NCBI RefSeq assembly: GCF_963921235.1
Contig: NC_086108.1
Span: forward strand, 64,420,001 to 64,484,000
Source: Mobula hypostoma
Taxonomy: Eukaryota
Length of the DNA stretch: 64,000 nt
Reading direction: 5' to 3'
The translations under genes were made by a program, and so were the position numbers. Shown in pieces: positions 53,640 to 64,000 of the stretch (positions are counted from its first letter, which is position 1; each line of letters starts with the position of its first letter). The notes beneath the pieces were generated by a model. The model did no database searches. It saw only the letters and a list, made by a program, of their open reading frames with translations, and was not told where the DNA came from.

Positions 53640-54263
53640 TGTAGGGTTCTCAGTAATATTAACTGTAATGTTAACTGTTAAGGCTGACAAAATGGCTTTT
53701 CTGTAGTGTTATATCGAATGGCTTCTCTGTAATATTAACTGATGAGGTAATGTTTCTCTGTAGCTGCAATGTTTGGGTTAAAGTTACAGATAACAGGGAA
53801 CTAACCAATGACGACCTGTAATGCTATCTTGTATGATGGGAACGGAGAGAGGGAGTTCGTGGTCTTTTCAGCAAGGCAATTGAAGAGAAAGGGAGAGTGC
53901 GGGAGCGGCTGGTGGTTCCTGAACAGCGGATACGGGAATTTGACAATTCGGATGCTGTCAGAGGTTTGGGGGTCGATTGTGGATTGATCGGGAAGGCACG
54001 AGCTCCAACGAATTATATTTTGTGCACAAGACTGATAAACTTACTGAGTGGCGCCTTTGTGTTACTTGTTTCTACTAACCACACCACCTAAAAGAGTTAT
54101 AAAGTGTAATCATTTAATCGTACATTGTGTACTGTCTGATATTTTACGTTGTGGGTTTGTACCGGCGTGCATTACACAGCATGTACGCAAACATAGACAC
54201 AGTTTGGCAGGCAGACAGCAGTTGCCCCTAGACAAACGGGAGTTGAAAGAGCTGAGTGTTACT
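53640..54263 (+). repeat. Gypsy LTR (plus orientation)
   Basis: TGTAG...GTTAC(T), preceded by the PPT and followed by the PBS. Confidence 0.95.
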
Positions 54264-54267
54264 TTTG

Positions 54268-54285
54268 TGGGGGCTTGTCCGGGAT
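54268..54285 (+). promoter_or_regulatory. Primer binding site, tRNA-Pro type
   Basis: tgggggcttgtccgggat matches the tRNA-Pro PBS TGGGGGCTCGTCCGGGAT at 17 of 18 positions. Confidence 0.88.
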
Positions 54286-55581
54286 CTGGTAATATCCATT
54301 CCTCAAGTCCAGCACACTGAACGACTTTGCCCCACTCAGACAGGCCAGCGCATCTTCGACCCTCAGGACCATATACTGGTCAGGAACAGTGCGCTGGTTC
54401 AGGGTCCAATAGTCCACACACATGCGTAACTTTCCGTTCTTCTTCCAGGCCACTACTATTGGGGACGCATAAGGGCTTCAGGGTTCAGAGATGATCCCAG
54501 CGTCCTTCAACTTACGCAGATGCTGCCGCACATCTTCCACATCTGCAGGGGTCAGTCACCACGACCTCTCTCTGAACGGAGTGTCCTCAGTCATCCGGAT
54601 GGTGTGGCGAGTGCTCTTAGAACAACCCATATCAAACTTGCCAAGGGAAAAAACATCTTCCAGCTTCAACATCTTCGCCACCAGCCTTTGCTTCCAACCC
54701 GGTGGCACAGAAGAGTCCCCAAAGTTAAAGGCCTCAGCAGTCAACTTTCCCTTGTTTTCCGCTAGTTTCCCCTCAGCGGTCCTCACAGGGGCCCTAGACA
54801 TTACTGTCACTGGGAACAAATGCGCTAGGGGCATCTCTCTCTTCAGTGTGATTTCTCTCTTCATAGTATTCCTGACAATCACAGCCATCCTGCTTGCCTG
54901 TACCACCGAGGGCCTCTGCACTTCGGGCCTCACCAGCACCCCAGCTGGAAATCGCGACGCCCCCTCGACATCTTCCAGGGCGTCCACTAAAGTGGCCTCG
55001 CCATCAGGCACTCCAGGAAATCTGGGGGCTCCCATCACTCTCGCTACTTCCCCGGGCCTTATTACCTTCGGCTTCGACTGAGTGCACCACACAGTCTCTC
55101 ATTTAAATTCAGTATCCGGCCCAGGGCAGCTCCGCACTTCCTCAAAAGCAGCTTGCAATACTGGGTGCATAACCAGGGTCCCCAAAAAGTTCTCACCCGT
55201 CCTCTCCTTACAGGCCCCCATGAGCCTCTGCACCGAAGGGGTGCTGGTCCCCACCAGAAATGAAGCAGCGCCCATCTCAACCGGGTCCAGACAAACCAGC
55301 ACTAATGTCTCCAGAACTGAAAACTCCAGTCTCACGGAAAAATACCTGTCATACGCATAATCACCAGCACTGACGCCCCAAATCTCCAGCGCACTGAATG
55401 GGGTCAAGGGCAAATGCTTTAAATACTGGTTGTAAAACGAACGGTATAGTAACGTGACCTGCGACGCGGTGTCAATTATGGCTTTAGCATAGATTCCCTC
55501 TATCCGTAGTGACACGCTGGAGCCCGGTCCCACTAATCCGTCCATAAGCGGGTCTTTTGCTTTCGGGGGTTCCTTGGTCAT
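54286..55581 (-). pseudogene. Gypsy pol 5' half (protease, linker, RT-N), inverted relative to the 3' half
   Basis: AIIDTASQVTLL (protease) and [24 protein letters not shown] (RT N-terminus). Confidence 0.93.
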
Positions 55582-56789
55582 TAAAAAGATAACTTAGCAT
55601 TGATGTCTACAGGAAATATTATTTCCCACAAAGACACCAACACACAGAATAAACTTCCCAGAGGAATAGAGGGAACAGAAACTTTGGAAACTTCTAAAAA
55701 GGCAATTGAATAATGAAAATAAGCAGCTTTGGGAGTTTTCAAGCTAAATTAACCAGGATGATCCAAATGGAATTCTCCGTCTATAACTATGCTGTGAAAG
55801 CATTACCTCTGGGCTCAAGCACTAGAATATACTGCTGACTGATAGTTAGACAAAGATCCCTCCTGGAAAGCACTGGAGGGAGGACAGAATTGTATTTCGC
55901 TATAAAACAATTATAGGGACTCAAAATGAGTTACCCTCTTCCCTTAACTCCCACTTGCAAACTCCCACCTACACAAAGTGGCACTGTGCAAGTTCTAATA
56001 TAAAAGAATGACGTCTATTATTTCAGCGTATTGTAGTGAGAGATCAGGAGGGACGCCCCACATTTCGGTAAATAGAAAACTGTGCCCATAAATGCTAAAA
56101 TTTAGTAACAAGGAAGAATCCCACTATTTCCATAAGAAAAGGTCTCTCAGTTGTTTGAACAGGCAGCTGTGGTTACGCAGGGGCATCCTAATGAACATAG
56201 TGGTCAACAACCCTCCTCAGTGATTTAGCCTCGTGCAATCTGTGATAGTGGTCAGCAGCTTACGGTCTAGTTTCACATGGTGGCAAAAGTCAACAGTCCA
56301 GGCGGCATCTGCAGAGAACGAAAGAGATTCAATATGACAAAATAGCTCCTTTCACAGCTTATCCTTTGCTCAATAAAGGGCATTATTATCTCTGCATTTC
56401 AGTAGATTGGCTCCAGAGAATCAGTAGATTCTCACCTGAGCCATGAGATTATAACCAATCCAGAATTTTAAATTGCAACTCAAAAATTAAAAATGCTAGA
56501 ATGTGTCAGCAATTTTGGAAAGGACAAGTAAGTTAATGCATCAAGTGTGATTACCTCTTCTAGGGCTGAAACGTTCTATTTTATCCCCAAGTGTTTTAAA
56601 CAAGGGGGAAAGTACTGTTTGAAAACAAATATATATATATATATATGTAGTATACAGATACTGAACATCCAGAGGAATCCAAAATGTCTTGCTGACCAAA
56701 TTTCTAGTTACCTGTCCCAATATTTCCTGTTGCACTTTGGTGGTAAAGTTTATTCATTTTATTCCCCCAAAACATAGAAAGATACAAAA

Positions 56790-58255
56790 TGGAAAGATAC
56801 AAATGCCTATTAGCTGGATTTTTAGAGCAGTTTGTTGTTGTGCCTACTAGGAGATCAGCTATACTGGATTAGGTGTTATGTAATGAACTGGAGCTTAAGG
56901 TAAAAGAACCCTTAGGAGTCGGTGATCACAATATGATTGAGTTCAACTTAAAATCTGACACAACAGTATTTCAGTGGAGTGAAGGAAATTACAATGGTAT
57001 GAGAGAGGAATAGGCCAGAGTAAATTGGAAGGAGATGCTGGTAGGGATGACGGCAGAGTAGCAATGGTGTGAGTTTCTAGGAAAAATGTGGAAGGTGCAG
57101 CATTGATGTAATCCAAAAATAACGAAATATTCAAATGGCAATATAGTACAACCGTGACTGACAAGGGAAGTCAAGGCTAATGTAAAAGCAAAAGAGAGGG
57201 CATACAACAAAGCAAAAATTAGTGGAAAGATAGAGGATTGGGAAGCTTTTAAAAACCTTTAGAGAGCAAATAAAAGAGTCAATAGGAGGGAAAAGATGAA
57301 AAATGAAAGCAAGTTGGCAAACAATATCGAAGTGAATACTAAAAGCTTTTTCAAGTATGTAAAGAATAAAAGAGTTGAGGGTGGATAAATACCACTAGAA
57401 AATGAAGTCGGAGAAATAATAATGGAGGACAAAGGGATGGCTGATGAACTAAATGAGTATTTTGCATCAGTTTTCACTGTGGAGAACACTACCACTGTGC
57501 CAGGCGTTGTAGTGTGTGAAGGAAGAGAAGTGGTTGCAGTTAGTATTACAAGGGAGAAAGTTGCTCAAGAAGTTGAGAGACCCAAGGGTACATAAGTCAT
57601 CCGGACCAGATGAGCTGCACGCTAGTGTTAGAGATTGTGGAGATATTAGCAATGATCTTTCAAAAATCATTGGACTCCGGCATGGTGCCAGAAGATGGGA
57701 AATCTGCAGATGTCACTCCACTCTTTAAGAAAGGAGGAAGGCAGCAGAAAGTAAATTATAGACTAATTGGCCTGACCTCAGTGGTTTAGAAGATGTTGGA
57801 GTCAATTGCTAAGGATGAGGTTATGGAGTACTTGGTGACACAAGATGATAGCACAAAGTCAGCATGGTGTCCTTAAGAGAAAATCTTGCCTGATGAATCT
57901 GTTGGAATTCTTTGAGGAGTAGGATAAATAAATGGAATGCAATGGGGAAAGGGGCGCAGCCTCAAGATAGAGGGGTGTCCATTTAAGACAGAGATGAAGG
58001 GAAATTTCTTTAGCCAGGGTGTGGTGAACTTGTGGAATTTATTACCATGGGCAGCTGTGGAGGCCAGGTCATTGGGGGTATCTAAGAGAGATATTGATAG
58101 GTTCTTGATTGGCCAGGGCATCAAATGTTATGGGGAGAAGGCCAAGGAGTGATACTGAGGAGAGACAGAAAAAAGGATCAGCCATGATTGAATGGTGGAG
58201 CAGACTCAGTGGACAAAATGACCTAATTCTGCTCCTCTGTCTTATGGTCTTGTGG
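56790..58255 (+). mobile_element. Degenerate CR1 with an internal deletion
   Basis: KSSGPDELH..NLLEFFEE jumps at ~57930 to GRSLKIEG..NFFSQGVVNLWN. Tail is cttatggtcttgtgg. Confidence 0.88.
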
Positions 58256-60856
58256 CCCTTTGGCACACCAAAGCAATGTTAACAATCATGCATCCAACCC
58301 TATCTTAGTTTACTCTCCCACTCTGGGGCAATTTACAGCGGCCCATAAGCCCAACAACCCGCACATGTTTCTGATTGGAAGGAAAGGAAGCAGAGTACCC
58401 TGTGGAAACTCACCTGGTCGCAGAGTGAACATGCATACTCCACACAGACAGTACCAGAAGTTCAGACTGCAGAAGTTGTCAAGCAGCAGCCCTACTAACT
58501 GCACCACTCTACCACCCTGACCTTGAGGTGCATCGTTCTTTAGAAATGCAAATTGTTGTGGCGAGTCATTTTACCTTTGGCCTAGAAATTTTTCTGTGCC
58601 ATTCCCATTTGCGTTTAAATTGCAGTGCTAGTCATCTATCACTGTAGTATGTGAATGTTGCATTTAAAACAAGACTTTCAAGTACGAGATTGATGGAACA
58701 GCATTGTGAGATTTCTTTGTATGATGGTGCACTGCGACTGAGACTGCCAGTTCCTGCATTCGCTGTGGATATATTGAAAGTTCCCAACAACTGTTACAAT
58801 GTAGCTGTACAGAGGCACTTGTTCCAGCCAGATCTTATAAGGACAAACTTTATCAATACACAAGCAGCACTCTTCCTGCTTCAGGACAATATCACCAATG
58901 AGTGAATGAATGCTGTGGCTCGGGATTTCTCAGTACTTGGGTGAGTTGGGGAGTCTGGGAAAAAATAGGTTCCATTACAAGCATTTCTTAACTTTGGCGT
59001 TGTTGTGGGGATCAGGATTTTTTGGCAGGAAGTTAGCGAGGAGGTCTCTGTAAGAACATGTGCAGTCTCTGAATGTGTGTACTTTGCGAAGGCCTGCAGT
59101 GCAACCATTGTATAGGAGGAAACAGCAAATAATGAGGTGTGGCAAAGAATATTAACAACTTGGTTCAGTCATGAGGAAAGGAAGCTGACCTTGACATCCA
59201 TGAGCAAAACAGTCCAGGCACACATGTAAGATTACATTTAAGGCTGTATGAGGTTACAGATGACAGTGAAAACAAGAAATGCATTTTAAGGGCTAGCTCC
59301 TAAAATAGCATGGAAAGGTGGAAACAGGGTAAGTAACACGAGTAGTTGCTCCACAAGGGCTCCAAGTTAGAGTAGCAGTGAACACAACACTATTACAGCT
59401 CAGGCATCAGGATTCAGAGTTCAATTCTGACATCTTCTGTAAACAAGTTCGTGCATTTCTTCATGTGCATGCATGGGCTTCCTCCAGGTTTCCCAGTTTC
59501 CTCCCACAGACCAAAAGCATACTGATTAGTAGTTCATTAATCACTGTACATTGTCCCACAATTTGGCTAGGGTTAAATCGGTGGGTTGCGTGCTGGTGTG
59601 GCTCAAAGGACCAGAAGGGCCTATTCCACGCTGTATCTCTAAATAAATAAAATACATAAAAGTTTTCATTTTGCAGAACAATGAGGTGAAAGTATTACTA
59701 GGGATGGAGTTTGTTTGTGCATAACTAGCGGAGTTTTACTCAGAAGAACAAAAATCCCTCCAACAAATCAAGAGACAATTGAAAAAGTGTGTGCCTAATT
59801 GTTTACCTCCAATCTTACTCGATTTTCAACTCTACAACACTTTTTTATTTGGACTTATCCAGATTAATTACTTTCACTGTAGTATTAAATGTTATATTTC
59901 TAACTTTAATTTTCTGAAGTTTGGTGAAGTATTATGATATTCCTAGAGTGAGTGCGTGAAGTAGAAAGTGAATTTTTTATTTGAAAGTTAAAACCTCTAC
60001 ATTCTTTTGATTTCATGCTGAGAAGTATTGAATATCTAATATCATCACCAGTTCAAGACAATTCACTGGCAGAAGAGTAAAAGAACTCTGCTTTTGAAAT
60101 GAAGATCACAGGATAGAGATAGTTTTATCTAACTTAAAGGTAATCAATGTCTGTGCTGAAATACTAACTTTATACTGTTCTGAAAGTTTTTGAAGTATTA
60201 TTCAAGAACAACCTATCCCCTGCACTGCAGGCAGCATGTTAAACATGAGAAAAATACCAAAAAGTTAAAGACAAACTAGTTTCAGGAATGCACTTGCCTT
60301 GAATGTCACTGAGACCTCTAGTCATAAATGAAAAAACAAAGTGCTGGGGAGGAGAGCCAGCAGGTCAGGCGGCATCTGTGGAGAGAGAAGCAATGCTGTC
60401 ATGTTAGGTCTTTCATAATAGCTTTGTTCTTCCCAAGCTTTCTCCCCTACCTAAAATTTAAACCACACTTGTTTTTGTACTTCTCTCATTTTGATGAAGG
60501 GTTATTGAGCTGAAACATTAACTGCCTGATCTGCTGAGTATCACCACCATTTTAGATATTTTGTTTTTTTTTCAGTGATTGCCTCTAATTAATTGCTTAT
60601 TGCAATAGACTAAAGCCTTTCTGGTTCAATTTCAATAACTGAAACTTCCATGGTGTTACATTTCTAATCATCTTGTCTCAATATGAAATACCATTAACAG
60701 AAATTTTGTTGCATTAATTAAAGAATATTTCCTCAGATGCTCTTGTTCTTTTTTTTCTTCATTTTTTTACCCTTCCCTCTGGAAAGCTTTGCCTCCTGTA
60801 ATGTCCTTGTAACTCTAACTTCCCTGACATTTGACCTGGTGCATATCACTTTTGTG

Positions 60857-61158
60857 TAGTGTGGCGCATGGCCAAATGGCTAGGGCGTTGGACTAGCGAT
60901 CTGAAGGTCATGGGCTCCAGCCTCAGCCAAGGCAGCGTGTGTGTCCTTGAGCAAGACACTTAACCATGCAATGCTCCAGACTACCCAACTGGGAATGGGT
61001 ACCAGCAAAAATGCTGGGGGTTAACCTCGCGATAGATTGGCATTCTATCCTATCCAGTGGGGGGAGTCTCGTACTCTCAGTCGCTTCATACCATGGAAAC
61101 CGGCATAAGCACCGGCCTGATGGGCCACAAGGCTCATGACAGTCTTTAATCTTTAAAC
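60857..61158 (+). mobile_element. tRNA-derived SINE with a CORE/Meta-like central block
   Basis: tRNA-like head 'gcgcatggccaaatggctagggcgttggact' and block 'gtgtccttgagcaagacacttaac'. 12-bp TSD atcacttttgtg at 60845-60856 and 61159-61170. Confidence 0.85.
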
Positions 61159-61390
61159 ATCACTTTTGTGAACAATGCATCATAACATTCTTGCAAGTTC
61201 CAGTTACAGTCATTGCATGCTCAAAGTAGAACTTTGATCTTTTTATGAAGACTTTCAAGAAGGCCATCTGATTCATCAAGCTATACCAGTCTTTTTCCTC
61301 CACTTATTGTTTTTTTTTCTACTGTCCACTCTCTCATACATGCTCAATAACATTCAATCCTTGCCAACTCCTCCCACCACTATCCATCGA

Positions 61391-62266
61391 CACTCAGTGG
61401 CTACTTTATAAAGTACACTTGCAAGTAAAGCAACTTAATCTATAAAACCAGGCAGATGTAGTCAAGTTCAGTTGATGTTCAGACAAATCATCAGAGTGAG
61501 GAAGAAATGTGTTCCAAGTGACTCTGATCAGGGAATTATTGTTGGTGCCAGATGGGGTGATTTGAGTATCTCAGGAACTGCTGATCTCCTGGGATTATCA
61601 TGTATAACAGTCTCTAGAATTTACAGAGAATGGTGCAAAAAAACAAAAAAGAGCATCCAGTTCTATGGGTGAAAATGCCTTGTTACTGAGAAAGGTCAGA
61701 GGAGAATGCCAGACTGGTTCAAGCTGTCAGGAAGGGGTGACCTGATTGAAACCTTTTGAATGTTGACAGGCTTGATAGAATTTATAAGAAGAGGATGTTT
61801 CCTATGGTGGGTGAGTCTAGGACCAGAGGACACAGACTCAGAAAAGAGGGGCATACTTTTAAAATGGAAACAAGGAAGAATTTCTTTAGCCAGAGAATGA
61901 TGAATCTGTGGAATTCATTGCCACAGGTGGCTGTGGAGCCCAAGTTTTTTGTATATTCAATCAGAGGTTGATAGATTCCTAACTGGTCAAGGCATGAAGG
62001 GATCTGGGGAGAAGGCAGGAGATTCGAGCTGTGAGGGAAAATGGATCAGCCATGAGGAAATGGTGGAGCAGACTCGATGGGCCAAATTTTAGAATTTGTT
62101 CCTATATCTTATGGTCTTATAGTCTATATAACCATGTGTTACAACAATGGTGTGTGAAAGAGCATGTCTGTATGTATAACACACTGAACCTTGAAGTGAA
62201 TGGGCAACAGCAGCAGAAGACCACAAACACACAGCCCATGGTCACTTTAATAGGTACAGGAGGTTC
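61391..62266 (+). mobile_element. Tc1-like transposon remnant interrupted by a CR1 fragment (~61737-62123)
   Basis: TIR cactcagtggctacttt. Transposase N-terminal HTH reads GIIVGARWGDLSISGTADLLGLSCITVSRIYREW. Confidence 0.85.
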
Positions 62267-63911
62267 TACTTCTCACTTCTAGAATTCATTTGTGATGATG
62301 AAGGAAACAGGACAACACAAAGAAAATCCAAGCAGTCTCATGCAAACTCCACACAAATATCACCAAAGGTTGGAACTGAACTGAGCCTCTGGAGGGGTGA
62401 GTCATCTCCACCAACTACAACACCATTGCACTCACAAATTGTCACTCAAGTCAGGGGGTCAAGATTAATTCAGGCAGGTTTGTTATCATTCTGATTTGAA
62501 CCCAGTGATGGCATTTTTGTGAACAAGAGAAGTTAAATAAACTGTGTTCTGACTTTCAAGGTATAAGAGGAGATGTCATTGAAATGCCCCACAATTTTAC
62601 GGAGTTCACAGCCTCAAATTAGAGGCTAACCATTCAGGACAGGCTAAATAAGCTAAACCTTTCTCGCCCAATTCTCTGCCTAAAAAAGCTGGTGAAATTA
62701 TTGAAGATATTCAAGACCAAAATTGATAGATTTTTAATATTAAGTGAATCAGGTGGCATGGAATTAGTTCAGGATAGTGGCACGAGGGTAAGATATCATC
62801 CATAATTTTACTGAATGATGGAGCAGGCACAAGGGGCGCGTAATCTACTCCTGCTTCTGTTTCTTATGTTCTTATAATTTCCTCTCTGACTCGATAATTG
62901 CCTCATGCTGTTAGAACCTTACAAATTCCCTCAGCACTGTTACCCAATCCCCACTCTGTCCACATTCTGAGCCCACTCCACTCTGACAGTAACTATCATA
63001 TTCAGTTGCTTTGACATTCCTTCTTCATGGCTAACCAGTCTCCAAATTAACTAGTTATCAAATTTATCTGAGGGTCTCTCGTCAAGTTCAGCAGGGTCCT
63101 TTTGATTCTTTTACTCCCTGCTCTTTGACCTCCTATTCGTTAATATGGGGTTCAAGGCAATGACTTGGGTAATGTCCAACTGCAATATTTTACTTTCAAT
63201 TGCACATTCTAGGCTGTAAAATGTACAGAAACATTTTGCGAATGCTTTATAATACAAACTAAACTAAGCGCACAACAGCAACTGCACTGTATTATTCTTC
63301 AGTGATAAGTTGACAACAATAAATTGGCTGAAGTACTTGGCCTTCAATTTCATCAGCTTGTTTGAGTATGGCGTATAGTCATCTCTTTTTGTTTAATCCA
63401 GTGATGTGAATCTATGAATGATAAGTGCCTTTTTGCTATCGATTTTCCTTTTATTCCTTTCAAAAATTCTTAGTGACTAATGATCCATCATTTTTGTGTT
63501 CAAATGGAAAACAAACTCAAATCCTAATGAACAAAGATCAGGAAGATAAAAAAACATTATTTATTGTTGTAGTTATATTCATAAGCATTTCTATCTATAC
63601 TCTACGGAAAACTTCTGTACACAGAATAGTTCTATAGAAGAAAGCATTAACCTCTTGGAGTTGAAAGCAGGATGGAACCTTTTTGTTTGAAGTGTTTCAA
63701 TCTTTACAAGATGCTGTCTGACAACAAGCATAGTGTGCTTAACAATTGTTTTCTGCAAGACTTTCAAGCCAGTTATGTGTGTCATACATTAGTAAGACTT
63801 CAAATGTCTTCCAAATTATGTGACGAACTGTTCTGTTTCATTCCAAAATAGGATATAACAGATTGTATCATTTCACCATAGTTCTGCTACTTGCCAGACA
63901 TGAATCAATTT
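62236..63911 (-). repeat. Right arm of the long inverted duplication (partner 4080-5735)
   Basis: Reverse-complement match to 4080-5735, with a ~43 bp indel near the outer end. Confidence 0.97.
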
Positions 63912-64000
63912 GCTTGTCAGAGATTTTGACTAAGTTTTATTTCCCCTGCAAATTAATTATCATCCAATGGTCCAAACAGCGTATTTGGTGTAATGTGGCA

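Noticed and set aside
50300..54263. DIRS-type element (inverted terminal repeats)
   Set aside because: It encodes a DDE integrase and a protease and has TG..CA LTRs, a PPT and a PBS, with no tyrosine recombinase. It is a rearranged Gypsy.
58577..59095. Exon-like minus-strand segment bounded by ctgcag and AAG/gtaaaa
   Set aside because: All three frames contain stops and there is no other support.
4080..63911. The long inverted arms as TIRs of a giant transposon (Maverick/Polinton-like)
   Set aside because: There is no TSD outside the arms and no polymerase, capsid or transposase genes in the spacer. The arms contain ordinary genomic TE debris.

Overview
This is repeat-rich vertebrate genomic DNA, most likely from a cartilaginous fish such as a ray. 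That assignment is an inference from the mix of CR1, Penelope, Rex1, SINE and Tc1 repeats. I cannot identify an intact host protein-coding gene, and most ORF-track entries are transposon debris. Three structures stand out. (1) A ~1.65 kb inverted segmental duplication (4080-5735 and 62236-63911) brackets ~56.5 kb. Its core is about 98% identical while its flanks are about 80-93%, which suggests gene conversion and a possibly invertible segment. (2) An old Gypsy LTR element (9561-14451, minus strand) has its RT-RNaseH-integrase region replaced by an intronless copy of the host splicing-factor mRNA RBM25. (3) A second Gypsy element (50300-55581) has inverted LTRs, a PPT-LTR-PBS unit and an RT gene split and inverted inside one motif, which looks like a fossil self-integration product. 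A palindromic Penelope insertion carrying a minimal hammerhead ribozyme is also present. All identities are by-eye estimates and protein matches are from memory, not database searches.
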